Below, in pieces: positions 10,432 to 21,620 of a DNA stretch of 64,000 bases (position 1 is its first letter; each line of letters starts with the position of its first letter). The position numbers and the translations under genes are program-made. This DNA is from an uncultured Hellea sp. (GTDB lineage: Bacteria; Pseudomonadota; Alphaproteobacteria; Caulobacterales; Maricaulaceae): NCBI GenBank assembly GCA_964576765.1, contig CAZNWH010000001.1, positions 15,451 to 79,450 of the forward strand, given 5' to 3'. Below the pieces are notes generated by a model. The model saw only the letters and a list, made by a program, of their open reading frames with translations. It ran no database searches and was not told the DNA's origin.

Positions 10432-11571
10432 TTAGGCTGAGACCTTATGCGGGTTTATGAGGACTTTCTGTCCCGTTTTGATTTTTCCAAACTTTGTAAG
10501 TGCCTCTACGGTTAAAGCGTCCTGCATAGAAATCTCCGCGCTGTAATGGCTCGCAAAAGTCGTTTTTATCTCTGCGATAATACGCTGGCGGAGCTCATGA
10601 ATTCGCTTGGGGTCAACGGTTTGTAGGAAAGGCATTAAAAGCCAGCCATTGATCGAGAAAGTAAAGCCAAAGTTAGGTTTAAGAACAATTGACGAATTAT
10701 CTAAGCGGCCATAGATGTTTATTTTTTTGAGCGTGTTCGACCCATAGCGGTCATATGGCTTACCTGCGGAGGCTGCGCGTTCCATGCAAGTAAGTATCGT
10801 ATTAACGAGCGCCCCCCCGCCGGTGGCATCAAAGGCGATATAGGCACCCGTTTCCTTGATCGCGGCCGTCAGTTCCGCTTCAAAGCTATCTGAGGCCGAA
10901 TTTACAATATATTTTGCGCCTATGTCTCTGAGTAGCTTTTCCTGTTCAGGACTGCGCACAATATTCACAATATCAACATCATCATCAAGACAAACACGGT
11001 TAAGCATTTGCCCAAGATTTGAGGCGGCTGCTGTATGGACGAATGAGTTGGCGCCGTCGCGGCGCACAGCCTCTACAATGGATAACGCTGTCATCGGATT
11101 GACGAAACAAGACCCGACCTGCTTTGGCATAATCTTATCGCCCATAGGGATGACCGTCGCCGCTTTAACGCATCTATATTCGGTGAGCATATTGCCTGCC
11201 GCCATAGACACTGTTTGCCCTATCAGCGATTGCGCTAGGTCTGACGAGCCTGCAGAGACGACTATGCCGGCCCCTTCAATGCCGACGCTCATGGGCTTGC
11301 CTATACGTCCTTGAATGGTCTTTATCTTATCTTTTGGAATATCGATGGAGACCACAGGGTCTTTGGCTGTGCCTGCCGCGCGGGCCGTGGATAGGTCAGC
11401 AGGACCGAGTAATAATGCTAAATCAGAAGGATTAATTGGGGCGGCCTCCACGCGCACAATAATCTCGTCAGCTTTTGGCGCGGGCAGCTCTGTTGTGCCA
11501 ATGGATAAGCGTAGCTGATGATCCTGCGTGATTAAGGACTCTATTCTGCGGGACTGAGAAGGATGTGTCAT
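10432..11571 (-). CDS. MDR superfamily NADH oxidoreductase
   Basis: VEAAPINPSD, FVNPMTAL, HTAAASNLGQML, FDATGGG. Confidence 0.88.
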   Translation of the reverse strand: MTHPSQSRRIESLITQDHQLRLSIGTTELPAPKADEIIVRVEAAPINPSDLALLLGPADLSTARAAGTAKDPVVSIDIPKDKIKTIQGRIGKPMSVGIEGAGIVVSAGSSDLAQSLIGQTVSMAAGNMLTEYRCVKAATVIPMGDKIMPKQVGSCFVNPMTALSIVEAVRRDGANSFVHTAAASNLGQMLNRVCLDDDVDIVNIVRSPEQEKLLRDIGAKYIVNSASDSFEAELTAAIKETGAYIAFDATGGGALVNTILTCMERAASAGKPYDRYGSNTLKKINIYGRLDNSSIVLKPNFGFTFSINGWLLMPFLQTVDPKRIHELRQRIIAEIKTTFASHYSAEISMQDALTVEALTKFGKIKTGQKVLINPHKVSA

Positions 11572-11604
11572 AAGGCGCGTTTCATGAAAAATGTTGAGGG
11601 ATAA

Positions 11605-11970
11605 TCAGAAAATTTCGTGTTCTTGCGTAACAAAAAGACGGCTTTTTGAAAAGTCGATGAAGCGGCTCTCATCCTCTTTCAGGGCTTTGGCGGCGATACG
11701 GCCTGCTTCGCTCGCAAATCCAGCCTCTAGCTCTTGGCGCGAGTTCCACCAGACTTCGGTAATGCCATCATATTGCGACGCGGCGGAACGCGAGGCCCGT
11801 AAGCTGTCATTGAGATCATCCATAATCGTATGGCTCTGAACGTAGCGAACCGCATTAATGGCTTTGGCAAAAGATTTCACCAAAGGCCCGTGGTCTTCAA
11901 GCCATGTACGCCGAAACTCCTCCGCGCTCATGCCCTCTTTTCGGGTAATGCAGTAAACATGTTTTATCAA
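11605..11970 (-). CDS. EthD domain protein
   Basis: RKEGMSAEEFRRTWLEDHGPL, YDGITEVWW, DESRFID. Confidence 0.85.
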   Translation of the reverse strand: MIKHVYCITRKEGMSAEEFRRTWLEDHGPLVKSFAKAINAVRYVQSHTIMDDLNDSLRASRSAASQYDGITEVWWNSRQELEAGFASEAGRIAAKALKEDESRFIDFSKSRLFVTQEHEIF

Positions 11971-12016
11971 CGCTTGGTGCTTTCAATTAATTTTGCTGCA
12001 GGGAGAGAGTTTGGCG

Positions 12017-12673
12017 CTACATAGCCTCACCAGTTGTGGCGCGAAGTTTATAGGCCTGTCTGGCCTTACTGATGAAGCCTGCCGTAAATTCATTTTTCTG
12101 GACGTCGTCCCAATAGGCCGAAAGGTGAGGGTGGTCTTTTAGATAATCATCATCTCTCATGCGCGGCATCAGGTGTGACAGGACGGTTAAGGCAGGAACA
12201 AGTACGCAATCCGCCAGCGTTATGTCTGCATTGAATCTGTATCCTGCCCGTTTCATAGTTTCCTCAACGTCGCCTAGCCCGCGTAATGTCACCTTGAGGC
12301 AATGCTGTGTTAGGCGCGAATTTTTGTGTCCGTCTTTAAGTTCTCCAACGACCGGAAGAAACGCATTTAGTAGATAAAGTTCAGCTAATCGAGCAAGTAG
12401 CCGGATATTGGCGGCGTTTAAGTCTGAGCTGCCAAGCAAAGATCGTCCGGGCTGGCCATCTTCAATAAACTCAGAGATTACCGCTGACTCATAAATTTTT
12501 GTTCCGTCGCCGAGCTCCAGGACAGGAATACGTTGCATGTAATTTACTTTGCCAAACTCTTCCAACCCCAATCCGCCGCTTGGAAATATTAAGTCATATT
12601 CAACGCCTTTGGATTGCAGATGTATCATGTTAATAACTGCATAGGGTGAGAGATAGACGCCATGTAGTTTCAT
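12017..12673 (-). CDS. Glutathione S-transferase family
   Basis: SPY, RIPVLE..IYESAVISEF, ITLADC. Confidence 0.88.
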   Translation of the reverse strand: MKLHGVYLSPYAVINMIHLQSKGVEYDLIFPSGGLGLEEFGKVNYMQRIPVLELGDGTKIYESAVISEFIEDGQPGRSLLGSSDLNAANIRLLARLAELYLLNAFLPVVGELKDGHKNSRLTQHCLKVTLRGLGDVEETMKRAGYRFNADITLADCVLVPALTVLSHLMPRMRDDDYLKDHPHLSAYWDDVQKNEFTAGFISKARQAYKLRATTGEAM

Positions 12674-12690
12674 AAAGTGTGTCCGTTGCT

Positions 12691-14283
12691 TTAAGCGGGA
12701 GTTATGTGTCGCTCAGTTGGTGTTGAAGGTGCGTATTCAGACAAATTGCGTCTTAGTTCCGATATAAGTTTATTTGCATTGTCTCCGCCGCTAAAGATAT
12801 ACCGATCAGGACGAATGAGAACGTTTTGAACGTCATGGGCGGTAAAAAATTCGGTCAATTTTCCATCCGTATCGTTCAGGTTTGAGCCAACTGTAAATAA
12901 TTTGCCGCCCAGCACACTTTCGAACCATGCTGCATCTTCGGAAAGTTCAAAATCGCTTTCGGTGGCTCTTATGATAATAAACCCACTACCGATGGCATCA
13001 TCAAGCAAAAGCCTTTCTCCTTCGGGTGTAGTCACATGTGGCTGTATCATGCGATGCCCCGAAACTTGGTGAGTGCCAATCAGGCCTTTTAAATAGGGTA
13101 CAAGGTGACTTCCTTTGCTAGCTCTCTTCATTGTCCGTTTTGGGAAAAGGCGGGACAGGAAAAACGCGAAATTCCGCTTCATCTGTTTCTTTTTTGACGA
13201 CGTACTTAGCATTATGCCGCCAGTTGAGGCTCGCTGAATAACAAATTTGCAATTCTCCCAACGCTCCTCTTGGTAAGTGTCCAAAATGGCGTCATTCGAA
13301 AGACCCTTAAAGATCAAATCAAGCTTAAACGCGAGATTAGCGGTATCGCGGATTCCCATATTTAGCCCTTGTCCCTGAAAAGGGGACGTCTGATGTGCCG
13401 CATCACCTGCGATGAGGACGCGGCCCTTCCGCCAGTGCTCCGGCATGCCTGCGTAAAAATGGTAGGGCGCGATACGCTGGAACTCAATCGAACTGGGATC
13501 AAAGTAATTCGCGATGAGTTTTTTCGCGTCTTCCTCCCCAAATGTCTCTGCAATTTCGTCAGTGACCTCAAAATCAAATCTTATATGTTTGTGAAATCCT
13601 TTCACATATACGACCGCTGAGTCAGGACGGCACATAAATTCAGATTGCGCGGGAATTGAATTCCACAATTCCTCATCATGGACGAGCACATCCATCACAA
13701 TCCATCGGCGACTATAGTTGAGATCCACACGTTTCGCGCCGATATATTTCCTGCAAAAACTTGCGCCTCCGTCCGCCCCGATAAGGAATTGGCCATTAAA
13801 ATCGAAAATTTCGTCTGTGTCCAAGTTTCGGGCTTTTAGGGTCGCTTTATCTAATTCGCCGTCTATTTCGATAACTTCATAACCAAAAAATGTGTCAACT
13901 TTTCCATCGGGGTTGGAATTTGAATTGAAATCAGCGCGTAGCATGCGTTCCAAAGAAGGTTGATGGAACATCATGCCCATACCCTTGTACCCATAATCAC
14001 CCACATGGTCCTCGAAATTGAGTTCCATTAATGGCTTTCGCTTGGTGTTGACGAGGAAATGTTTAATTGCCGGGCGGGCATCCTTTTCCGCCAGCCTCTC
14101 CATAATGTCCATCTCTTGGTATATTCGGCAACTCTCCGGATCTAACATCATGGCACGTGGGCAGTGAAACACTCCAGTGTCACGGTCAAAAATCGCGACA
14201 GAATACCCTTTTTGACGGAGCTGATTAGCCATCGTCGCCCCAACGGGTCCGCAGCCGACTATAAGAACGTCGTAGTCTTTCAT
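12691..14283 (-). CDS. FAD-dependent aromatic hydroxylase (MhpA/PheA family)
   Basis: GCGPVG, ADGGAS, GDAAHQTSPFQGQGLNMGIRD, C-terminal IRPDRY. Confidence 0.88.
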   Translation of the reverse strand: MKDYDVLIVGCGPVGATMANQLRQKGYSVAIFDRDTGVFHCPRAMMLDPESCRIYQEMDIMERLAEKDARPAIKHFLVNTKRKPLMELNFEDHVGDYGYKGMGMMFHQPSLERMLRADFNSNSNPDGKVDTFFGYEVIEIDGELDKATLKARNLDTDEIFDFNGQFLIGADGGASFCRKYIGAKRVDLNYSRRWIVMDVLVHDEELWNSIPAQSEFMCRPDSAVVYVKGFHKHIRFDFEVTDEIAETFGEEDAKKLIANYFDPSSIEFQRIAPYHFYAGMPEHWRKGRVLIAGDAAHQTSPFQGQGLNMGIRDTANLAFKLDLIFKGLSNDAILDTYQEERWENCKFVIQRASTGGIMLSTSSKKKQMKRNFAFFLSRLFPKRTMKRASKGSHLVPYLKGLIGTHQVSGHRMIQPHVTTPEGERLLLDDAIGSGFIIIRATESDFELSEDAAWFESVLGGKLFTVGSNLNDTDGKLTEFFTAHDVQNVLIRPDRYIFSGGDNANKLISELRRNLSEYAPSTPTERHITPA

Positions 14284-15554
14284 GCCTCTCTTTCATTGGC
14301 AGAGCTATTTTTTACCGTTTTGCCTAGGAGTACCCCAGCACGCCAGAAGTGGAAAACGGCCAAGAGATTGACAAATATGAATGCTGAGAGCGTATATCTT
14401 AGGGCCTCGTCACCAAATTTTGGGGCTAGCGCGTCAGTGCCAATGCCGACGACAAGAGGGCCAAGGCCTAGTCCTATGATGTTCAAAAGGAATAAACTGA
14501 CCGCCGCAGCTACAGTACGCATTGGAATCTTAACTAAATTTTGAATTAAAGCGGCTGATGGTGCCAGATAAAATGAGCCAAAAAATGAAGGGATAGCGTA
14601 AAGTATGAGAGCGATAGATAGCTGATCAATAAAGAAAAACGTCGCTAAAAATGGAAGGGATATGAGTTTGGCGAAACAAATAATCCAAGCGCGCCAGCGT
14701 TCATCATTTTTTGCAAAGTGATCAATAATGCGGCCAGATGCCAACGTCCCAATCACACCTATCACAGCAAAGGCAGCAAGTGTCAGTCCAACCTGTGTCC
14801 CCGTTAGGCCATAGCTTCTATAGAGGAAAGTTGGAACCCATAGGGCAAGTCCATAACCAACAAAGCCGCCAAGAATTTTACCTATCAATACATGACGCAA
14901 CGCCGCCTGTTTGGCCATGAATGAGATTGTTTCGCCAAGGCCTGCAGCATTTGCAGAGGAGTCTTTTGAAATGGCTTTCTTTGGCTCCTTGACGGTTAGG
15001 AAGACAATCAAACCCAGCAATATGCCAGGCAGACCGATTAGAACGAAGGTCATGCGCCAGCCAAATTTGTCGAGCAAAATTCCGCCGCAAAGAAAAGCAA
15101 AGAGGGCGCCTACACTGGCGCCAGCGATGAACACGGCAATCGCTGAGGTTCTGGATTTTTCGTCGAACAGGTCCGATATTATCGAGATGGATGCGGGTGT
15201 TGAACCAGCTTCGCCAAAGGCCACTCCCATACGCGCAAGTGCCATCTGGAAATAGCTTGTGACGGCCCCGCAAACGGCGGTGAGGGCGCTCCACACTACC
15301 ACAGAAAGCGCAATGACATTTTTCCGGTTGGTCCGGTCGGCGATCATAGCGATAGGAATGGCAAAGAAGGTGTAAAATAGCGCGAAATAGATTCCGACGA
15401 GCAATCCCATCTGGGTATCAGATGCACCAAGGTCTTTGGCAATTGGATCGAGTAAAATCGACATGATTTGCCGATCCATCTGACTGCAGGCGTAGACAAG
15501 CGCCAACATAATGACCGTGTACCAGCGTTTTGAGTGAGAATTTTCCACGGTCAC
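14280..15554 (-). CDS. MFS transporter, spinster family
   Basis: DRQIMSILL, ARMGVAFGEAG, multiple TM segments. Confidence 0.9.
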   Translation of the reverse strand: MTVENSHSKRWYTVIMLALVYACSQMDRQIMSILLDPIAKDLGASDTQMGLLVGIYFALFYTFFAIPIAMIADRTNRKNVIALSVVVWSALTAVCGAVTSYFQMALARMGVAFGEAGSTPASISIISDLFDEKSRTSAIAVFIAGASVGALFAFLCGGILLDKFGWRMTFVLIGLPGILLGLIVFLTVKEPKKAISKDSSANAAGLGETISFMAKQAALRHVLIGKILGGFVGYGLALWVPTFLYRSYGLTGTQVGLTLAAFAVIGVIGTLASGRIIDHFAKNDERWRAWIICFAKLISLPFLATFFFIDQLSIALILYAIPSFFGSFYLAPSAALIQNLVKIPMRTVAAAVSLFLLNIIGLGLGPLVVGIGTDALAPKFGDEALRYTLSAFIFVNLLAVFHFWRAGVLLGKTVKNSSANEREA

Positions 15555-15572
15555 AACCTTTGTTTCGGGGTT

Positions 15573-17117
15573 TTAGACTTTACGTTCTTGGTCTTTCCAA
15601 AAAGGTTCTCTTAAGGGCTGTTTGGTGATTTTCCCCATGGAATTGAGGGGTAGCTCATCCACAAATTTATAGCCTTTTGGCCATTTATATTTAGCGAGCT
15701 TGTCCGCTAGAAAATCTTTCATGGTTTGCTCGTCCAAGGGTGCGGCCGACTTTTTGAGCATTATGAAAGCGTAAGGTGTCTCGCCGAAATCACCGTTAGG
15801 TATCCCAATGACAGCGGAATATTCAACATCAGGATGGAGTTGAATGGCATGTTCGATTTCTGCGGGGTAGATATTTACGCCGCCAGCTACGATCATATCT
15901 TTTATGCGGTCAGTAATGAAAAGAAAACCGTCTTCATCTAAGTGTCCGACATCGCCGGTTCTGTAAAATCCGTCCTTAACTAAGCCCTGGGAAGACACGG
16001 AATTGTTAAGGTAACCGGTAAAGACAGCCGGTGTGCTAACGACGATTTCGCCCGTCTCCCCGGCGGGTAATGAATTCCAGTTTTCGTCGATAATTTTAAT
16101 CTCAACATTCGCATAAGGCCTACCACTTGTGCCAGGTTTTTTTAGTTGATATTCGGGGGGCGTGTAAGAAATCATGCCAGCTTCGCTGGCCCCGTAAGCT
16201 TCCCATAAAACAGTGGGGCCAAATTTCTCGATGGCCCACTCTTTCAAAGTCTGAGGTACCGGGGCAGCACCCGTAGACAGGGCTTGCATTGAGCTTAGGT
16301 CATATTGAGCCAATACGTCATCGGGTAAGGCTTGAATTCTGAGCAGCATTGTGGGCACAGCTATCCAGAATTGTACTTTATACTTGTCAATAAGTTCTAT
16401 AGCCTTTTGCGGGTCATACCGAGGCAACAGAACGGCCGTGCCTCCTACTCGTAAACAGGCTGTGGCCTGTGCCGGGCCTGCGCCATGATGAACGGGAAGT
16501 GCCATCAGGTCGACGCTTGCGTCGGGGTGAGGCGGGTTAGCGTCGATAGATGCTCCATAAGCCATTAATCTTTCCATAGTGACACCTTCACGGAAGCCGG
16601 GGGCAACCCCTTTGGGTCTGCCTGTCGTGCCAGAAGTATATAGAATCATGGCTCTGGCCAGGGATCCAAATCTTTCGACTTCCTCCCCTAAGCTTAGTAA
16701 ATCTTCAAAACGTACGCCCGGCGCAGATGATGACTGACCTAGAGTAAATAGCCGTCCAATATCTGCATTTTTCCACGGTGCGACATCTTTATCATCGCAA
16801 GCCAGGCCTATAGCGCCGCTATCGTCTAATATAAAGAGGGCTTCGTCTGGTGTCAGTTTGAAATTTACAGCAACTTGAACAACGCCAATTTTTTGTAATG
16901 CGCGTTGAAATATGAACCACTCAGGACAAAGCTGAAACCGCATGCCAAGCCTATCGCCAGGTTTAAGACCCTGTTTTAAAAGAGCATCCGCAACACAGTT
17001 TGATTGCCGATTCCATTCACCATAGCTTAGCGTTTTGTCACCACATATGACAGCTGGGAAGTCTGGTTTTCGGTTTGCCCAGTCTTCGAGTGAGTTGGTT
17101 TCTGCAGCTTTCAGCAT
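15573..17117 (-). CDS. Acyl-CoA synthetase (AMP-binding)
   Basis: YTSGTTGRPKG, YGASE, TGDVG, GVNIYPAEIE; start moved to ATG 17117. Confidence 0.92.
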   Translation of the reverse strand: MLKAAETNSLEDWANRKPDFPAVICGDKTLSYGEWNRQSNCVADALLKQGLKPGDRLGMRFQLCPEWFIFQRALQKIGVVQVAVNFKLTPDEALFILDDSGAIGLACDDKDVAPWKNADIGRLFTLGQSSSAPGVRFEDLLSLGEEVERFGSLARAMILYTSGTTGRPKGVAPGFREGVTMERLMAYGASIDANPPHPDASVDLMALPVHHGAGPAQATACLRVGGTAVLLPRYDPQKAIELIDKYKVQFWIAVPTMLLRIQALPDDVLAQYDLSSMQALSTGAAPVPQTLKEWAIEKFGPTVLWEAYGASEAGMISYTPPEYQLKKPGTSGRPYANVEIKIIDENWNSLPAGETGEIVVSTPAVFTGYLNNSVSSQGLVKDGFYRTGDVGHLDEDGFLFITDRIKDMIVAGGVNIYPAEIEHAIQLHPDVEYSAVIGIPNGDFGETPYAFIMLKKSAAPLDEQTMKDFLADKLAKYKWPKGYKFVDELPLNSMGKITKQPLREPFWKDQERKV

Positions 17118-17179
17118 ATTTCCCCCGAGTGAAAGTTTGTTTTGTTGCTGTGTTCTTTTTGCAACAATTTGTAAAAATA

Positions 17180-17222
17180 TTGCTTGTTGCATAACAAACA
17201 CTTGCTTGCGGCACAACAAATA
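17180..17222 (+). promoter_or_regulatory. Tandem pair of putative operators (TTGCTTG-N7-ACAA, 22-bp period)
   Basis: TTGCTTGTTGCATAACAAACA (17180-17200) and TTGCTTGCGGCACAACAAATA (17202-17222) in the divergent ligase/TBDR promoter. Confidence 0.65.
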
Positions 17223-17366
17223 ACTTGTGCGGTCATGAAATTGATGTTAGCCATCGTGGTAAGTTGTTTGCCTTATTAGCGTAGGGCCCTTTCGGGGTGA
17301 AAATGCGCAAGGCGAGGGGCCAAAGAAAAATTGATTCGAAAGAATCTGCCATTACAGGGGAAAAAC

Positions 17367-19757
17367 ATGAGGTCTACAAAAGCTAGCCTTTCCATTGCAT
17401 CGGTTCTAATTGCGCTTCAGTGCGGTCAAGCCTATGCGCAAGATAATCGACAATTCGATGAAGTTATCGTTACGGCGCAAAAGCGTGCGCAAAGTCTGCA
17501 GGATGTTCCTATTGCGGTCACTGCCATTAGCGGTGCAGACTTGGAATTGTCAGAAACTAACACGATTAAAGATCTCGCTGAGACCGTTCCTGGTTTCACC
17601 GTTAACGAAGCCAATCGCCCGGCAACGTCCACTGCAATCTCTGTTCGCGGGATCGGGACCGCTGGTAACGATACGGCTCTTGAGGGGTCAGTAGGTGTTT
17701 TCATCAATGGCGTTTTTCGTCCTCGGTCGGGTTTAGCTATAGGTGACTTGGTTGATATCGATAGTCTGGAGATTTTGAGAGGGCCGCAGGGAACGCTGTT
17801 TGGAAAAAACACCTCAGCTGGTGCGGTTGTACTTAAAACAAAGGATCCAGTGATTGGTGAATTTGAAGGCTTTGCTGAGGCGACTTTTGGTAATTTTGAT
17901 CTTCAAAAATATTCTGGGGCGATAAATTTTGGAGGTGAGAATTTTGGGGTTCGGTTTTCTGGGCAGCTTAATGACCGCGGGGGCTATGTTACTGACACTG
18001 TGACGGGTGATGAGTATAATGATCGCGATCGTGCTTACATCATTGGTAAGGCCCTTTGGGAGCCTTCAGATCAGCTTAGCTTGTTACTAACGGCGGACTA
18101 TGCATCTAATGATGACTCATGTTGTCAGAGTGTTCGTTTGAGTAATGCGCCGAATAATCCAGCTGTTGGGCTGTTCGCGGCCTTGGCGGCTGGATCAGGG
18201 GCGGAATATCCCGTAAACCCAGATCCAACCACATATACGACTTCAGTCAATGCGGCGCCTGTAACTGATAATGATGACACTGGTGTGTCCTTAGAAGTTA
18301 ATTATGATTTAAGCGGTATAGATTTAACGTCGATTACGTCGGTTCGCGATTTTAGTAGTTTTACGTTTAACGATGTAGATTTTTCTGGTGCAGACCTCGT
18401 TACGCAAGGTGTTGAGTTTAACGTTAATTCCTTTAGCCAAGAGTTAAGGTTTAATGGAAGTTTTGATGGTTTTGCCGGCGGCGTAGATTGGCTTATTGGT
18501 GGCTTTTACTCGACTGATGATTTCGAGTCTAATTCTGACATTAATATTGGATCCGACTTGGCGCCTTTCTTTGGGGTTGCATTTGGTAGCCAAGCTCTAG
18601 GGGCCCTCTATGCGGAACAAGATGAAGCATTCGGGCAAAGAGTTGATGCAGATGCAGAGGCTTTCGCTCTGTTCACGCACAACATCATTAGTCTATCAGA
18701 CAGATTAGATCTTACGCTCGGTCTGCGATATACTGATGAGACAAAGAATACGGTTACAAATCCATTCTTTAACCACGGTGTAGCTGCCTTTCCTTTCTCG
18801 GGATTGGGCTTGCCGTTTTCACCTTCAAATAGTTTTACTGGGACTTTTGAGGACGATGCCTTCTCGGGTACGGCGTCTCTTGGCTATGCTTGGACGGACG
18901 ACATTCGGACATATGTGAGTTACAATCGCGGATTCAAGTCAGGTGGGCATGCCTTTGATCGGGATGCTGCGGGGCTACAATTCGCACCTGCTGCTGCGCC
19001 GGGTAACGAGGCTTGCGTGTTCGGGGCACAAGTGTTTCCAGGGGCTGCAGTTCCGCCAACGCCGCCGATATTTGCTTGTGTACCCGTTGATCCAACTTTC
19101 GAATCTGAGACCGTTGATTCATATGAAATTGGCTTCCGCTCAAAGCTCCTCGACAGAACGCTTCAGCTTAATGTAACGGCGTTTTTATCTGAGTTTGACA
19201 ACTATCAACTGAATAACTTCGACGGCTTTGCCTTCCGCATCAGCAATGCAGGTTCAGCAACGACACAAGGCGTAGAAGTGGATGCCCTTTGGCTTACACC
19301 GCTTGAAGGTCTAACGCTTCAAGGTGCGGTATCCTATATTGATGCCACCTTTGGCGACGAAGTGGGGTCTTTAGCTGCTGGTGAACCTGTCGTTGGCGGA
19401 GAGCAAATTGGAGATTCTCCGGAATGGAGCGGAACAGTTGGCTTTAATTACGAGGCGTCTCTTGGTGAGAACATTACGGGTAACCTCAATGCGAGCTACT
19501 CCTTCCGGAGTGAGACGTTTGGTAGTACGCGTCTTGCGTCTGATGGGAGTGAGCTTACTGTCCCGTCTCGCGATATGATTATTGCTAGTGCAGGTCTTCA
19601 GTTGCCGCATGGTGTTGGCGTCAGTGTTTTCTGTCGTAATTGTGCGGATGGTGATGAGCCAACCTTTATCTTTAATTCTGTTGCACAAGCCGGAAGTAAA
19701 GATGTCTTTTTAAGGTCCCCACGCGAATATGGCGTCAGTCTTCGGAAGACGTTCTAA
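17367..19757 (+). CDS. TonB-dependent receptor
   Basis: Signal peptide, EVIVTAQKR TonB box, LRGPQGTLFGKN plug, C-terminal Phe. Confidence 0.95.
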   Translation: MRSTKASLSIASVLIALQCGQAYAQDNRQFDEVIVTAQKRAQSLQDVPIAVTAISGADLELSETNTIKDLAETVPGFTVNEANRPATSTAISVRGIGTAGNDTALEGSVGVFINGVFRPRSGLAIGDLVDIDSLEILRGPQGTLFGKNTSAGAVVLKTKDPVIGEFEGFAEATFGNFDLQKYSGAINFGGENFGVRFSGQLNDRGGYVTDTVTGDEYNDRDRAYIIGKALWEPSDQLSLLLTADYASNDDSCCQSVRLSNAPNNPAVGLFAALAAGSGAEYPVNPDPTTYTTSVNAAPVTDNDDTGVSLEVNYDLSGIDLTSITSVRDFSSFTFNDVDFSGADLVTQGVEFNVNSFSQELRFNGSFDGFAGGVDWLIGGFYSTDDFESNSDINIGSDLAPFFGVAFGSQALGALYAEQDEAFGQRVDADAEAFALFTHNIISLSDRLDLTLGLRYTDETKNTVTNPFFNHGVAAFPFSGLGLPFSPSNSFTGTFEDDAFSGTASLGYAWTDDIRTYVSYNRGFKSGGHAFDRDAAGLQFAPAAAPGNEACVFGAQVFPGAAVPPTPPIFACVPVDPTFESETVDSYEIGFRSKLLDRTLQLNVTAFLSEFDNYQLNNFDGFAFRISNAGSATTQGVEVDALWLTPLEGLTLQGAVSYIDATFGDEVGSLAAGEPVVGGEQIGDSPEWSGTVGFNYEASLGENITGNLNASYSFRSETFGSTRLASDGSELTVPSRDMIIASAGLQLPHGVGVSVFCRNCADGDEPTFIFNSVAQAGSKDVFLRSPREYGVSLRKTF

Positions 19758-19886
19758 GAACTTACACTGTATCAGGGCGCATGTTTCCCCGAGCATGGGC
19801 GCAGTTTTTTCTTTTCATTCGTCGCTAATGGCCCTTCATTTGAGGGGTCATAATGCTTAAATTCACTATCAATCTTAGAAAGTCCT

Positions 19887-20654
19887 ATGGCCTATATTAA
19901 AACAGAGACTGTCAATCATACTTTGATTATCACGCTCGACCGATTGGAATCGCGCAACGCCTTTAACAAGGCTATGTCCGAAGAAATGGAAGCCATCATA
20001 GACGCCTATGAGGAAGATAAAAACCTCCGCTGTGCCATTATCAGGTCCGCGGGTCCCACATTCTCTGCAGGCCAAGACCTCAAAGCTGCTATGGTGGGTG
20101 AATTTGCGGTAACAGAAAAACGTGGAGGGTTTGGTATCATGTCTATGCCGCCCACTAAGCCACTCATTGCTGTTGTTGATGGTCAAGCTTTGGCTGGAGG
20201 TATGGAGTTATGTCTGTGCTGCGATATGATTGTCGCTTCAAAAGAGTCAATCTTTGGTCTTGCTGAAGCAAAGCGCGCGCTCGTTGCTCTTGGCGGCGGT
20301 TGTTTTAGGTTGCCACGCCGGGTGCCTTATAATGTGGCAATGGAAATGATTATTACGGCGGAGCCAAAGACGGCTGCCGAGATGCGCAGCTATGGTTTTG
20401 TAAATAAGCTTGCAGAGTCGGGAAACGTCATGGACGAAGCGATGAAATTAGCAAAGCTTATTGAGCGTAACGGACCGTTAGCAGTTAAGATGTCGAAAGC
20501 CATTGGTGCTGAAAGTCATTCGAAAAGCTGGAGTGAAGAAACGTGCTGGAAAGAACAGATGGAAATCGTAAAGCCCTTGTGGGTTTCAAAGGATAGAGAA
20601 GAGGGTATTCGGGCTTTTGTTGAAAAGCGTGAACCCGTTTGGACAGGCGAGTAA
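19887..20654 (+). CDS. Crotonase/enoyl-CoA hydratase
   Basis: FSAGQDLK, ALAGGME, FGLAE, AFVEKREP. Confidence 0.92.
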   Translation: MAYIKTETVNHTLIITLDRLESRNAFNKAMSEEMEAIIDAYEEDKNLRCAIIRSAGPTFSAGQDLKAAMVGEFAVTEKRGGFGIMSMPPTKPLIAVVDGQALAGGMELCLCCDMIVASKESIFGLAEAKRALVALGGGCFRLPRRVPYNVAMEMIITAEPKTAAEMRSYGFVNKLAESGNVMDEAMKLAKLIERNGPLAVKMSKAIGAESHSKSWSEETCWKEQMEIVKPLWVSKDREEGIRAFVEKREPVWTGE

Positions 20655-21578
20655 ATGCTTATAGAGACAAGACTTCAGAGTGATTTGTTAAAAGGACAAG
20701 TCGCTATTGTTACAGGTGGTAGCCGTGGTATCGGCGGTGCAGCGTCTGAAATGCTGGCTGCAAATGGAGCCCATGTTGTGATTGCTGATATTGATCAAGA
20801 CGCTGCGCAAGGTGCGGTAGAACAGATTAATGGTGCTTATGGGGACGACCGCGCAAGTGCGCATGTTGCCGATCTTATAGCGCCTGATGCTTGCGATAAT
20901 TTGGTTGCTGATACGATGAAAGCTCATGGCAGAATTGATATCGTGGTAAACAATGCAGGTTATGCATGGGATGGGGCAATTCATTCCATGACTGACGATC
21001 AGTTTCAGGCCATGCTTGATATTCACCTCATTGTGCCTTTTCGATTAGCCAGAGCCTGCGCGCCAGTGTTTAAAGCTGCGGCTAAGCAGGAAGATGAAAA
21101 TGGCGTTGAGGGTTTCCGTAAATTCCTGATGGTGTCATCCCTTGCGGGTGAGTGGGGGCTGCAAGGAGCGGGTAATTATGCTTCTGCTAAAGCTGGGATG
21201 CTTGGCCTTATGCGGACATTAGCACAGGAATGGGGACGTTTTCGCGTTAATTCCAATGCAGTTGCTTTTGGTCAAATCCAAACGAGATTTGGCATACCGC
21301 AATCAGAGGACATGGTTATTGAAACGGGTGGCCGTAAAATTAAAGTGGGTATGTCTCATAAACAAGCGGCTCGGATGGGCGTAAAGGTCGATCCCAATCA
21401 CAAACCTACTGATGAAGAGATTTACGCAACCAAGCCTCATCCAATGATTACGCTTGGTCGCTCTGGCTCTATTAGAGAAGCGGCTGAGTCGATCTTTTGG
21501 CTGGCCTCGCCGCTTTCGGATTATGTTACAGGGCAAGTTGTTGCTGTCAGTGGTGGTGCACGCGGAGGTATGTCTTAG
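20655..21578 (+). CDS. SDR (3-oxoacyl reductase-like)
   Basis: TGGSRGIG, NNAGYAWD, YASAK. Confidence 0.9.
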   Translation: MLIETRLQSDLLKGQVAIVTGGSRGIGGAASEMLAANGAHVVIADIDQDAAQGAVEQINGAYGDDRASAHVADLIAPDACDNLVADTMKAHGRIDIVVNNAGYAWDGAIHSMTDDQFQAMLDIHLIVPFRLARACAPVFKAAAKQEDENGVEGFRKFLMVSSLAGEWGLQGAGNYASAKAGMLGLMRTLAQEWGRFRVNSNAVAFGQIQTRFGIPQSEDMVIETGGRKIKVGMSHKQAARMGVKVDPNHKPTDEEIYATKPHPMITLGRSGSIREAAESIFWLASPLSDYVTGQVVAVSGGARGGMS

Positions 21579-21620
21579 CTTGAATTAAGATGCCCTTGCT
21601 GTAATTAGTAAGTCAAATCC